A DNA stretch of 64,000 bases from an uncultured Clostridia bacterium (lineage in GTDB: Bacteria > Bacillota > Clostridia > Christensenellales > CAG-314), in contig CANQGD010000002.1 in assembly GCA_947601445.1 (NCBI GenBank), positions 25,399-89,398 on the forward strand, read 5' to 3'. Below, piece after piece: positions 45,957-55,285 of the stretch (position 1 is its first letter; the number at the start of each line of letters is the position of its first letter). The notes under the pieces are model-generated. The model did no database searches. It was given only the letters and a program-made list of their open reading frames with translations, and was not told the DNA's origin. The position numbers and the translations under genes are program-made.

Positions 45957-47270
45957 ATGACCGTATTGGATATTATCGAAAAGAAAAAGAACAAGCAGGA
46001 GCTTACAAAAGAAGAAATCGGGTATTTTATAAAGGGATTTACGGACGGGACAATACCCGATTATCAGATGTCTGCGCTGTTGATGGCGATATTGCTCAAC
46101 GGAATGACGGACAGAGAAACCTTTGAAATGACCGACGCAATGTTACACAGCGGCGATATTGTGGATATGTCTGCATTGGGCGGAACGGTCGTCGACAAAC
46201 ATTCCACAGGCGGGATAGGGGACAGCACAACGCTTGCTCTTGCTCCGATACTCGCATGCTGCGATGTGTTTGTGGCAAAGATGAGCGGCAGAGGCTTGGG
46301 ATTTACGGGCGGTACGATTGACAAGTTGGAAAGTATCCCCGGATTCGATACCGCTTTGTCCGAACAAGAGTTTTTCGACGTTGTAAAGCGTGTGGGATGC
46401 GCCGTCATAGGTCAAACGGCAAATCTCGCACCTGCCGATAAAAAAATATACGCCTTGCGCGATGTTACCGGTACGGTTAATTCCATACCGCTTATTTGTG
46501 CAAGCATAATGAGCAAAAAGTTGGCGTCCGGTTCGGATACAATACTGTTGGACGTCAAATACGGCAGCGGTGCATTTATGCCCGATCCCGAAAGCGCGCT
46601 TGAATTGGCAACAAAGATGGTAAATATCGGCACGCTTGCGGGTAAAAAAATCGGCGCGCTCATCACCGATATGCAACAGCCGCTTTCGGATCACGTGGGT
46701 AACAGTCTGGAAATCATCGGCATTATAGATGTTTTGCACGGCAAAAAGAACCGTTTGTACTATGAAATAAGAGAAGTTGCATTGAGGTTGCTGACTTTGA
46801 CGGGCAAATATACGCTGCAATCCGCGGAACGGGCTTTTGACGAAGCGATCGACAGCGGCAGAGCGTTGGATAAATTTGCCGAAATGGTGCAGGCACAGCA
46901 CGGCGACGCGAGTTATATTCTTCATCCGGAAAAGTTCCGACTCGGTACGCGCGACGCTGTTGTTGCACAACGTGACGGATATGTAACGCAAATGGTCGCG
47001 GCGGATATAGGCAGAGCGGTAACTCACCTCGGCGGAGGACGCATGACTAAAAGCGACAGCATAGATTTCTCCGTAGGCGTAATTATGCACGTGGCGATAG
47101 GCAGCAAGGTCAACAAGGGAGACGTGCTTTGTGAAGTCTATCACAATGGCAAGGGTTTGAGCGAGGCGAAAAAACTCATTTGCGACGCAATCACGATAGA
47201 CAACGACAAGCCCGCTCAACACAAGATTGCCTATGCTTACGTATCCAAGGACGGAGTGGAAATGTACTGA
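45957..47270 (+). CDS. pdp: Pyrimidine-nucleoside (thymidine) phosphorylase
   Basis: SD AAGGAGAAAA. Motifs DYQMSALLMAI, VDKHSTGGIGD and SGRGLGFTGGTIDKLESIPG. Confidence 0.9.
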   Translation: MTVLDIIEKKKNKQELTKEEIGYFIKGFTDGTIPDYQMSALLMAILLNGMTDRETFEMTDAMLHSGDIVDMSALGGTVVDKHSTGGIGDSTTLALAPILACCDVFVAKMSGRGLGFTGGTIDKLESIPGFDTALSEQEFFDVVKRVGCAVIGQTANLAPADKKIYALRDVTGTVNSIPLICASIMSKKLASGSDTILLDVKYGSGAFMPDPESALELATKMVNIGTLAGKKIGALITDMQQPLSDHVGNSLEIIGIIDVLHGKKNRLYYEIREVALRLLTLTGKYTLQSAERAFDEAIDSGRALDKFAEMVQAQHGDASYILHPEKFRLGTRDAVVAQRDGYVTQMVAADIGRAVTHLGGGRMTKSDSIDFSVGVIMHVAIGSKVNKGDVLCEVYHNGKGLSEAKKLICDAITIDNDKPAQHKIAYAYVSKDGVEMY

Positions 47271-47929
47271 TGTCAAGACAAAACATTTTACTCAATTATT
47301 ACAATTTTGACGGTGATTGGGCGCGGTGCCACCTGAAAAAACTGTTTGCAAACAAACCGCGCGTACTTATTTTGCCGCTTGCCTATCGCCCGACACAGGC
47401 TTGGGACAACGAAAGTTGGCTTAATATCTACGGAAAAGACGGCGAAAAATACGCCGCAATAATCAAACCGTTTGCGGGCTACGGATACAAAGAAGGTGAA
47501 ACGGATTGGTTGAATCCCTATGATGAAAGGGATCACCTTTCTCAAATACGTCGCGCGGAGATGTTGTTTTTCACGGGAGGCATGCCTGAAAGGGCTTTGA
47601 AACGTCTTGATGATTTGGGCTTGACGGATGCGGTAAAAAACTTTGACGGTATTGTGGCGGGCGCTTCCGCGGGAGCCATGCTGCAACTTAAAACGTACCA
47701 TATAACACCGGACGAGGATTATCCCGAATACGCAATTGACAACGGTTTGGGCTTGGTTGAAGGTTTAGACCTCGAAGTTCACTATCTTGCCACGCCTTTG
47801 CAGGACGAGTGTGCCGAGCGTGCGCACCGCGAACACGGATTGCCCGTTTATAAAATGCGTCACGAAGGCGGATTGCTCATCAATGGCGGAAATATCACCG
47901 TTATGGGTGACGTAACCGTTTGCAAGTGA
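47270..47929 (+). CDS. Peptidase S51 (peptidase E-like) family protein
   Basis: FFTGGMPERALKRL and GASAGAM nucleophile-elbow motifs. The start overlaps the pdp stop (TGATG). Confidence 0.65.
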   Translation: MSRQNILLNYYNFDGDWARCHLKKLFANKPRVLILPLAYRPTQAWDNESWLNIYGKDGEKYAAIIKPFAGYGYKEGETDWLNPYDERDHLSQIRRAEMLFFTGGMPERALKRLDDLGLTDAVKNFDGIVAGASAGAMLQLKTYHITPDEDYPEYAIDNGLGLVEGLDLEVHYLATPLQDECAERAHREHGLPVYKMRHEGGLLINGGNITVMGDVTVCK

Positions 47930-48041
47930 GTACGGAATAACTTACAATAACAATAAATTTGATTTTTGCGAGCGCTATTTGCCGTCGGTGTTTATACGGC
48001 GGTCGGTTTGTGCGTTACGCGACAAATATTTTTAATTTTCG

Positions 48042-48069
48042 ACAGACTGCTTTTGCGGTCTGTTTTTTG
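48042..48069 (+). terminator. Rho-independent terminator
   Basis: ACAGACTGC-TTTT-GCGGTCTGT followed by TTTTT. Confidence 0.7.
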
Positions 48070-48112
48070 CCGTTTAATCGATTTTGCTTGTTGCAATTTT
48101 CCGTATTCTGCA

Positions 48113-48141
48113 TTGACAATAGAGGCATATTTGAGTATAAT
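48113..48141 (+). promoter_or_regulatory. Consensus sigma-A promoter
   Basis: TTGACA (48113-48118), 17-nt spacer, TATAAT (48136-48141). Confidence 0.65.
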
Positions 48142-48177
48142 AATAAATTGTAGTATTATGCTCATCGGAGAGTTTTT

Positions 48178-50541
48178 ATGAGTAACAAATATGCCGATAT
48201 TTTGAATTTTTGCACGCCTGCCCGTTGGTGGGGAGAAAAATGGCGCGAAGGATTGTATCTCGGCAACGGCAAAATGGGCGCAAATATCTACGGCGGGGCG
48301 TCGGAAGAGAAAATTTTGCTAAATGACGCCGCATTGTCTTGGCGTGGTCGTACCACGGTGGTGCCCGATGTTTCCGAATGTGTTGCCGAAACCAAAAGAA
48401 AAATAGAAGACGGCGATTTCTTGGGCGCGCAAAAGGTCATTCCGACGGCTCTCAGGCAGAAAAGTTTTCGTCCTTGTGCGGCGTATCCGTTGCCGTTATG
48501 CGAGTTGAACATAATTTTCGGTCAGAATGATGTCACTACGAATTTCAAGCGCAGTCTGGATATGGACAAAGGCGAGGCAACCGTAAGTTACACAATCGCG
48601 GATACGCGCTATAAACGGTGCGCTTTTGTATCTCGCGCGGACAATTTGTTGGCTTATCGCGTTACGAAACAAGGCAACGGCACTGTGAGTATGCGATTGA
48701 GTTTCCAATTGATGCACAGAGTAAACTCTCACACCTACGAAGGAATGTGCGATATGCCCGAAGGCGTATCCGTCAAATACGACAGGCAAAATATGTATTT
48801 TGCCGCTCTCAATGACGACAACGGTACCGATTTCGGAGCAGTGGCGCAATTGCATGTGTTTGGAGGTACGATCCGTGCCGAAGCGGATCGCGTGGAAATA
48901 CTTCGCGCGCAATCGGTGTTGATACTCGTAAAAACGTTTGTAAACGCCTCGCGTGAAAAAGAATGGGGCAATTTGAAAAACGAATTGCTTACGTATAAAG
49001 ACGGCTACGAAAAGCTCCTTAAAGCTCATTCGGCGCTACATTCAAAATTGTATTCTACCGCTGAAATAAACATAGGAAATTCCGTTGACGTAAATACGGA
49101 GGATTTGCTTCTGCAAGCGGATAACGGAGCTATGCCGGCGGCATTGGTGCAACGCTTGTGCCGTTTTGCCCGTTACCTTACCGTTGCGGGCACTCCCGAC
49201 GACGGACTGTTCGGTCCTTGCGGACTGTGGAACGGTTGTTACAAGCCTTACAGGGCGTTTTGTTCGGCAAGCGGTGAACAACAGATGAGTATGTTGCACG
49301 CCTTGCAAGGTAACATGATGACCGATTTCGAGCGTTCGTTTGAGTATTTTTGGAATAACCTCGGCGATTATCGCAACAATGCGCAGCGTATATTCGGCAG
49401 CCGCGGAATAGTCGTACCGGCGGTGGCGGCGCCAAATACCGGCAGATTGGGCAGTACCGATATATTTGCCATTCATTTTTCCGGTTGTGCGGCGTGGATA
49501 GCCAACCTTTACTATAAGTACGCCAAGTATAGCGGCAATACGAAATTTCTCAAAAATCGCCTGATACCGTTTATGAAAGAAGCGGCGCAATTTTACGAGG
49601 ATTTTCTCGTGCATACGGAAAACGGATTGGAAATAAGTCCCTCCGCATTGCCTATGCGAATAGGCGACAGCTACGGTATAACAGACCGTCCCCTTATCGC
49701 AAAAAACAGCGCGTTGGATATTGCTCTCGCAAAGGATTTGCTGACCAACCTTGTGGAAGCATGTAAAACGAACAATGTTCGCGGACGACTCGCGGTGTGG
49801 CAAAAGCTGTTGGAAGAATTTCCGGAAAAACAGTGTGCAAGCGACGGCTCGTACAGAGAGTTTGTAAATTCTCTTATCTCGATGGATTATACCGGGGTAT
49901 CAAACGGCACGTTGTATCCCGCCTATTTCGGAAAAGAAGTCGATATGTATACCGACGAGGAGACAAAACGCTGCTATGTCGTTACCGCCGATAAAAAGCG
50001 CAATGCTCCCGCAGCGCAAAACAGCTACAATATGACCGTTCTTGCCGCCGTTTATGCTCGGCTGGGAGAGGGCGACAAGGCGGATTTGTGTCTTACAAAT
50101 GCGGTCAGGGGCTGTATTATGAACAACCTCGCCTTCGTGGATAAAGATTGGCGGGGCATGGGAGTGTGCGGCAGCGGAGTTTGGACGCCTGTACAACTTA
50201 ACGTCAATTTGACTTTTGCTCACGCGGTGCAGCAAATGCTGATGTATTCGCACGACGATGAGATAACGTTGTTCCCCGCATTCCCCAAAAAGTGGGGCAG
50301 CGCAAGTTTCAGCGGTTTTATTGCGGAAAACGGCGTTTCGGTATCCGCAGGGATAGACTTGGACAAAAAGAATCTTTTCGTTGAGTTGGAAAGCAAGCGT
50401 GAAAGTTATGTAACCGTGCATTTGCCCGACTGTATAAAAAAACTTTTAAAAACCAATCTTTCCCAAAAGCCGGATGGAACAAGTTTCGGCATTACCGTTC
50501 CCGCCGGGAAAACGGTAGAACTGCATTATAAAATCAAGTAG
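48178..50541 (+). CDS. Glycoside hydrolase family 95-like protein (alpha-L-fucosidase-type fold), cytoplasmic
   Basis: The N-terminal W.EGLYLGNGKMGANIYGG..EEKILLNDAALSW pattern matches the GH95 N-terminal domain, and the size (787 aa) fits. There is no signal peptide. Confidence 0.7.
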   Translation: MSNKYADILNFCTPARWWGEKWREGLYLGNGKMGANIYGGASEEKILLNDAALSWRGRTTVVPDVSECVAETKRKIEDGDFLGAQKVIPTALRQKSFRPCAAYPLPLCELNIIFGQNDVTTNFKRSLDMDKGEATVSYTIADTRYKRCAFVSRADNLLAYRVTKQGNGTVSMRLSFQLMHRVNSHTYEGMCDMPEGVSVKYDRQNMYFAALNDDNGTDFGAVAQLHVFGGTIRAEADRVEILRAQSVLILVKTFVNASREKEWGNLKNELLTYKDGYEKLLKAHSALHSKLYSTAEINIGNSVDVNTEDLLLQADNGAMPAALVQRLCRFARYLTVAGTPDDGLFGPCGLWNGCYKPYRAFCSASGEQQMSMLHALQGNMMTDFERSFEYFWNNLGDYRNNAQRIFGSRGIVVPAVAAPNTGRLGSTDIFAIHFSGCAAWIANLYYKYAKYSGNTKFLKNRLIPFMKEAAQFYEDFLVHTENGLEISPSALPMRIGDSYGITDRPLIAKNSALDIALAKDLLTNLVEACKTNNVRGRLAVWQKLLEEFPEKQCASDGSYREFVNSLISMDYTGVSNGTLYPAYFGKEVDMYTDEETKRCYVVTADKKRNAPAAQNSYNMTVLAAVYARLGEGDKADLCLTNAVRGCIMNNLAFVDKDWRGMGVCGSGVWTPVQLNVNLTFAHAVQQMLMYSHDDEITLFPAFPKKWGSASFSGFIAENGVSVSAGIDLDKKNLFVELESKRESYVTVHLPDCIKKLLKTNLSQKPDGTSFGITVPAGKTVELHYKIK

Positions 50542-50547
50542 GTGTGT

Positions 50548-51255
50548 ATGATGTTGCAAAAAGAAAAACTTTTATCGGAAGGAAAAACCAAACGACTGTG
50601 GAGTACGGACAATCCGAAATTGGCTATTGCCGAGTTTTATGACGACGGATTGATGTATCACGGAAAACGGAAACTGTATTTTGACGGCAAGGGCGCGCTT
50701 ACCAACGACATAAATATGATACTTATGCGTGTGTTGGAGGAAAACAACATTCCGACCGCATTTGTCGATAGATATTCCGATAACTCAGCGGTGGTCAAAC
50801 TTGCCGAAATGCTGCCCATAGAAGTTGTTGTACGCAATTATTCCGCAGGAACCATGCAAGAAAGATTGGGTTTGCCCTATCACGTAAAACTTAAATTTCC
50901 GGTTTTGGAGTTTTGCTACAAAAACGATGATCTCGGCGATCCCGTAATAAACGAATACCATGCTTACGCAATGGAACTGTGCACCCAGGAAGAAATGTCC
51001 GTAATGTGCTACAATGCTATGCGTATAAACAAAGTTTTGTCCGATCTGATGAAAGAAGCGGGAGTTATCGTCGCAGACTTCAAGGTGGAGTTCGGACGCG
51101 TAAACGGCAGATTGCTTGTTGCCGACGAAATTTCTCCCAATGTCGCGCGCTTTTGGGACAAAGACACATTGAGACGAATGGATAATGAGGGCAAAAATCC
51201 CGAGCAAGAATACAAACAGTTGTTGTCTTTGCTCAAACAAGTAACAAATTTCTAA
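50548..51255 (+). CDS. purC: Phosphoribosylaminoimidazole-succinocarboxamide (SAICAR) synthase
   Basis: LSEGKTKRLW, VVVRNYSAGT and LVADEISPN motifs, about 235 aa. The start is one of the clustered GTG/ATG codons at 50542-50551. Confidence 0.85.
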   Translation: MMLQKEKLLSEGKTKRLWSTDNPKLAIAEFYDDGLMYHGKRKLYFDGKGALTNDINMILMRVLEENNIPTAFVDRYSDNSAVVKLAEMLPIEVVVRNYSAGTMQERLGLPYHVKLKFPVLEFCYKNDDLGDPVINEYHAYAMELCTQEEMSVMCYNAMRINKVLSDLMKEAGVIVADFKVEFGRVNGRLLVADEISPNVARFWDKDTLRRMDNEGKNPEQEYKQLLSLLKQVTNF

Positions 51256-51268
51256 GGAGAAAGTTGCG

Positions 51269-51745
51269 ATGAAATGTATGTATTGCGGCTGCGAGGATAG
51301 CAAAGTTGTGGATTCGCGTTCTACCGACGACGGAAAAAGTATACGCCGTCGTCGCGAATGTATTGCTTGCGGAAAAAGGTTTACAACGTTCGAAACCATC
51401 GAAACGGTACCTTTTCTTGTGATAAAAAGGGACGGCACACGCCAGATTTACGACCGTTCCAAAATAAAAAACGGCATTTTGCGCGCTTGTGAAAAGCGTC
51501 CTATATCCATGGCGGAAATAGATAAAGTGGTTGACAACATCGAAAAATCCCTTTACAACAGTCTCGACGAAGAAATCACTTCTCAAAAAATAGGCGATTT
51601 GGTTATGGAACAGCTTAAAGATTTGGATGAAGTGGCATACATACGTTTCGCCGCGGTTTACCGCCAATTCAAGGACAGCGCCACTTTCTTTGAGGAAATG
51701 AGCAAAATTTTCAATACCGGCGGAAAAGGGAAGAAAAAACGCTGA
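51269..51745 (+). CDS. nrdR: Transcriptional repressor NrdR
   Basis: MKCMYCGCEDSKVVDSRSTDDGKSIRRRRECIACGKRFTTFE zinc ribbon followed by an ATP-cone. Confidence 0.95.
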   Translation: MKCMYCGCEDSKVVDSRSTDDGKSIRRRRECIACGKRFTTFETIETVPFLVIKRDGTRQIYDRSKIKNGILRACEKRPISMAEIDKVVDNIEKSLYNSLDEEITSQKIGDLVMEQLKDLDEVAYIRFAAVYRQFKDSATFFEEMSKIFNTGGKGKKKR

Positions 51746-52305
51746 TGAAAAATATAGAGCAGGAACTCAAAATCATATTGACCGAGCGAGAATACAGCTT
51801 GCTTGCACAACGTGCCGACGCGTCGGCGCAATTGCAAACCAATTGGTATTTTGGTTACGTATCGATGCCGCGCGATATGATGGTTCGTTTGAGAAAAAAA
51901 GGCGAAGAATTTGTTCTGTGTTGCAAGCGTCGTCTCAACGAACAAGACGGAGTGACGGTAAGTGACGAAAGAGAACAACAAATTACAGTCGAACACGCGG
52001 AATATATTTTGACGCGGGGCGTAACTGCGGACGAAATGCGCAAACTTTTAGGCGTGTATGTTCCTTCTCCGTTGAAACTTGTGGGGAAACTCGATACGTT
52101 CCGCACCAAGTTCGTCCTGAACGGTTGGGTTTTGGAGTTGGACAAAAACGTTTATTTGGATATTACCGATTACGAACTTGAATGTGAAAACAGCGACGTT
52201 CTGGAACTGAACAGGCTCAAAAATTATTTGTACCACACGTTCGGTATTCTCTCTCAGCCCTCCCGTCCCAAATCGGAACGTTTTTGGGAGGCGCTAAAAC
52301 GATGA
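51745..52305 (+). CDS. CYTH-domain protein (triphosphate tunnel metalloenzyme family)
   Basis: It begins IEQELKIILTE, comparable to the EXEXK signature. Size and charged beta-strand pattern fit CYTH. This is recognition only. Confidence 0.55.
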   Translation: MKNIEQELKIILTEREYSLLAQRADASAQLQTNWYFGYVSMPRDMMVRLRKKGEEFVLCCKRRLNEQDGVTVSDEREQQITVEHAEYILTRGVTADEMRKLLGVYVPSPLKLVGKLDTFRTKFVLNGWVLELDKNVYLDITDYELECENSDVLELNRLKNYLYHTFGILSQPSRPKSERFWEALKR

Positions 52306-52964
52306 AACCACAAAAAACATACAAGTATATAATATTCGACTTTGACGGAACAATCAACAATACTTCGCCCGGCATTTACGAAACGTTTACCGCCGTACTT
52401 GATCATTTCGGGGTGGATGCGACCAAAGTGGATTTGTCGCGGCATATAGGTCCGCCTCTCAACGACAGTTATACGCGTCTGTTGGGAGAAAAATTGTGCG
52501 CCGACGCCGTAGAATTGCACAAACAAGTGTTTGAGCAAATTCACGCCGAGAGAAAAAGTTTTTTATACGACGGTATAAAAGAAGTATTGGGCAAACTGAA
52601 AGACAGCGGCAGATATGTACTTTCCATTGCTTCCAGCAAATACGAACCTCACGTAGCGGAGTCGCTTGAATATCACGGTTTGACCGAATTTTTTGATTGC
52701 GCGTACGGTCAAACGGAGAGACGCGGTTTCAAAAAAGAGGTGTTGCGGCAGTTGATAGAAGATCATGGATGGGACAAGTCGCTGTGCCTTTTGATAGGCG
52801 ACACCTTGCACGATATGGAGGGCGCCAAATGCTGCGGTATAGATTCCGTAGCGGTTACATACGGTTTCGGCAGAATGGACGAACTTGCTGATTCTCATCC
52901 GATTGCGCTCGTTTCTTCGCCGAAAGAAATATTGGAGTTACTTTTACCAAATGAAACGAACTGA
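52302..52964 (+). CDS. HAD-superfamily hydrolase (phosphoglycolate phosphatase-like)
   Basis: YIIFDFDGTINNT (DxDGT motif I), SSK (motif II) and GDTLHDMEGA (motif III/IV). Confidence 0.8.
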   Translation: MKPQKTYKYIIFDFDGTINNTSPGIYETFTAVLDHFGVDATKVDLSRHIGPPLNDSYTRLLGEKLCADAVELHKQVFEQIHAERKSFLYDGIKEVLGKLKDSGRYVLSIASSKYEPHVAESLEYHGLTEFFDCAYGQTERRGFKKEVLRQLIEDHGWDKSLCLLIGDTLHDMEGAKCCGIDSVAVTYGFGRMDELADSHPIALVSSPKEILELLLPNETN

Positions 52965-54552
52965 TTACAAAAGCTATTTCAAAAATGTTATTTTGCCCGT
53001 ATTTGTTTACGGCGCGTTTACGGGATTGCTCGTCGGTACGGCGGTGTATTTTTTCAAATGGGTCGCCGAATGGCTGACGGAACAGTCTGCCGAGATTTAT
53101 CACTATGCCCAAACGCATTGGTATATTGCCGTAGCGGTGATCGCCGCCGTATCGGTACTTGCATTGATCGCATACTTTTTGCAAAAATGGGCGCCGGAGA
53201 CGAGCGGCGGAGGCATACCGCGTGCGGAAGGCGTATTGAGAGGCTTGCTTACTTTCCGCTGGCTCAGAACGGGCATTGCCGTGATAGTAAACAGCTGGAT
53301 AAGTTTTTTTGCCGGATTGCCTTTGGGCAGCGAAGGTCCCAGCGTATTGTTGGGTACCGCAATAGGCGGCGGTACTTGCAAATTACCCCTCTCGCACAAC
53401 AGTTGGGACCGTTATATAATGACGGGCGGCGCATGCGCCGGTTTTGCAGTGGCAACATCCGCACCCGTTACGGGCATCTTGTTTGCTTTGGAAGAGGCGC
53501 ACAAACGCTTCACTCCGATGATTTTTTTGATGGCTATGAGCAGTGTGCTGTTCGGTGTGACGGCGTCAAATTTGTGGACGATGGCTCTCGGTGCGCATGC
53601 GTTGCCTATGGGCGCGCTGTTCAAGGTGACGTTGGCAAACTTCGGCATGCAAGATATTTGGGTGCCGCTCATTTTGGGCGTTGCTGTGGCGGCTTTGGCT
53701 ATCGGATATAATCATCTTGTTTTTTGGATAGGCAAATTTTACGATACCAGACTTAAAAAAGTTCCTCAATGGGCGCGTCTGTTGATTGTATTTGTGCTTA
53801 CTGCGGCAATCGGCTTGTTGGCATTCGGAGAATTCGACGGAACCGACGCGCTTTTCGGAGGCGGAGGACTTATTGTTCGTCTTTCCGACAGCGCAAACTT
53901 TTCTTGGAAAATAATTTTTGTGCTGTTGGTGATACGCTTTTTCATGATAGCGTTTTCTACGGGTAGCGGCGCAACGGGCGGTGTATTTATTCCCATGCTC
54001 AGTATCGGGGCATTGCTCGGCGCTCTGTTGGGCAACGCATTTGTAGCTATGGGTATGGACGGCGAGCTGTTTTCCACCGTGGTTATTCTCACAATGTCGG
54101 CATTTATGGGTGCGACAACTCGCGCTCCTTTGACCGCATTGGTGTTTATGTTGGAAAGCACCTGGAACTTTTCCAACCTGTTTTACGTGGCAATCACGGT
54201 GTTTTTAAGTTACTTCCTGTGTGAAATATTCAAGGTCGAGCCTCTTTACGACGTGCTTTTGGAACGTATGACAGACAAGCAAAATCACGGTAAAAAACCC
54301 GAAATACTTCGTCTTGTGTACACTGTGCGCAGCGGTGCGTTTGCAGTCGGTAAGGCTGTGAGAGACGTGCTTTGGCCCGCAAATACCAAAGTCAGTGAAA
54401 TTGTGGTAGGCGAAACAGCACAAATGGACGACGACGGAGAAAAGAAAATGCAGGTTGGCGACACTTTGACGATCATTACTCAAAGTTTCGATCGTGCAGC
54501 CACCGAGCGAGAACTCGAAGATATTCTCGGAAAACAATCGCTCGAAGAATAA
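52951..54552 (+). CDS. ClC-family chloride channel/antiporter with C-terminal TrkA-C-like domain
   Basis: Selectivity-filter motifs GLPLGSEGPS and GSGATGGVFIP. Confidence 0.85.
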   Translation: MKRTDYKSYFKNVILPVFVYGAFTGLLVGTAVYFFKWVAEWLTEQSAEIYHYAQTHWYIAVAVIAAVSVLALIAYFLQKWAPETSGGGIPRAEGVLRGLLTFRWLRTGIAVIVNSWISFFAGLPLGSEGPSVLLGTAIGGGTCKLPLSHNSWDRYIMTGGACAGFAVATSAPVTGILFALEEAHKRFTPMIFLMAMSSVLFGVTASNLWTMALGAHALPMGALFKVTLANFGMQDIWVPLILGVAVAALAIGYNHLVFWIGKFYDTRLKKVPQWARLLIVFVLTAAIGLLAFGEFDGTDALFGGGGLIVRLSDSANFSWKIIFVLLVIRFFMIAFSTGSGATGGVFIPMLSIGALLGALLGNAFVAMGMDGELFSTVVILTMSAFMGATTRAPLTALVFMLESTWNFSNLFYVAITVFLSYFLCEIFKVEPLYDVLLERMTDKQNHGKKPEILRLVYTVRSGAFAVGKAVRDVLWPANTKVSEIVVGETAQMDDDGEKKMQVGDTLTIITQSFDRAATERELEDILGKQSLEE

Positions 54553-54678
54553 AGCGTTTTTCCGTGTAAAAGCGCTGTTGCGAAAAACTTCGACTTGAAA
54601 CAATTCGGGTCGGCGCATAACGAAAATTTTGTTTGTATGCGCTAAAAGGCAAAGTTTTTATCGGTTTGTATAAATTAT

Positions 54679-54702
54679 ACATTTGTGAGCACATTTGTGA
54701 GC
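54679..54702. repeat. Tandem 12-bp direct repeat
   Basis: ACATTTGTGAGC occurs at 54679-54690 and 54691-54702, in the intergenic region upstream of the ferredoxin gene. Confidence 0.8.
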
Positions 54703-54967
54703 GCATACGTTTCTTGACAATGTATATGTTTCAGACGTACCATACGTAATTTTCGGCCGTTTTTCGGAATTAAACCGGATTATGGCTTTACAAACCGAAA
54801 CGGTGTTTTGTGCCTACGAACGAGCAATCGGATATTTAATTACCGAAATAGATATGCCAAGCGGCAATAATCGCAAAAAATTTGTCAAATTGTTCTAAAA
54901 TGTTAGACAAATCAAAGTTTGCTGTGTATAATGGTATTATCCTAAAAAGAAAAGGAGAAAAACGGTT

Positions 54968-55138
54968 ATGGCTCACAAAATCAGTAACGAATGTATTGCA
55001 TGCGGCGGTTGCCAAAGCGTTTGTCCTTGCGACGCTATCAGCGAAGGCGACGGCAAATTTGAAATTGCGGCAGATCTCTGCGTTGATTGTGGTGCATGTG
55101 CAGCACAATGTCCGGTTGGCGCTATCGAAGAGGCGTAA
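54968..55138 (+). CDS. fdx: 2x[4Fe-4S] ferredoxin (56 aa); not in the ORF track (under 60 aa)
   Basis: SD AAAGGAGAAAA. My translation is MAHKISNECIACGGCQSVCPCDAISEGDGKFEIAADLCVDCGACAAQCPVGAIEEA*, with two CxxCxxCxxxCP motifs. Confidence 0.85.
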   Translation: MAHKISNECIACGGCQSVCPCDAISEGDGKFEIAADLCVDCGACAAQCPVGAIEEA

Positions 55139-55153
55139 CCACAAATATTTTTC

Positions 55154-55177
55154 GCCCGAGTGTTCTCGGGCTTTTTT
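55154..55177 (+). terminator. Rho-independent terminator after ferredoxin
   Basis: GCCCGAG-TGTT-CTCGGGC followed by TTTTTT. Confidence 0.8.
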
Positions 55178-55285
55178 ATTGCATTTAAGATTTTGCACGT
55201 CGGTTGACAAATAAAACGGGAAGGAGTATCATTGTGAAGTAAATACGCATACTGTTTGAGTATAGCGATACAAGGAGAAAAAATT

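Noticed and set aside
47959-48181. 64- and 71-aa plus-strand ORFs
   Set aside because: They span an intrinsic terminator (48042-48069) and the consensus promoter of the GH95-like gene, so they are incompatible with a functional CDS.
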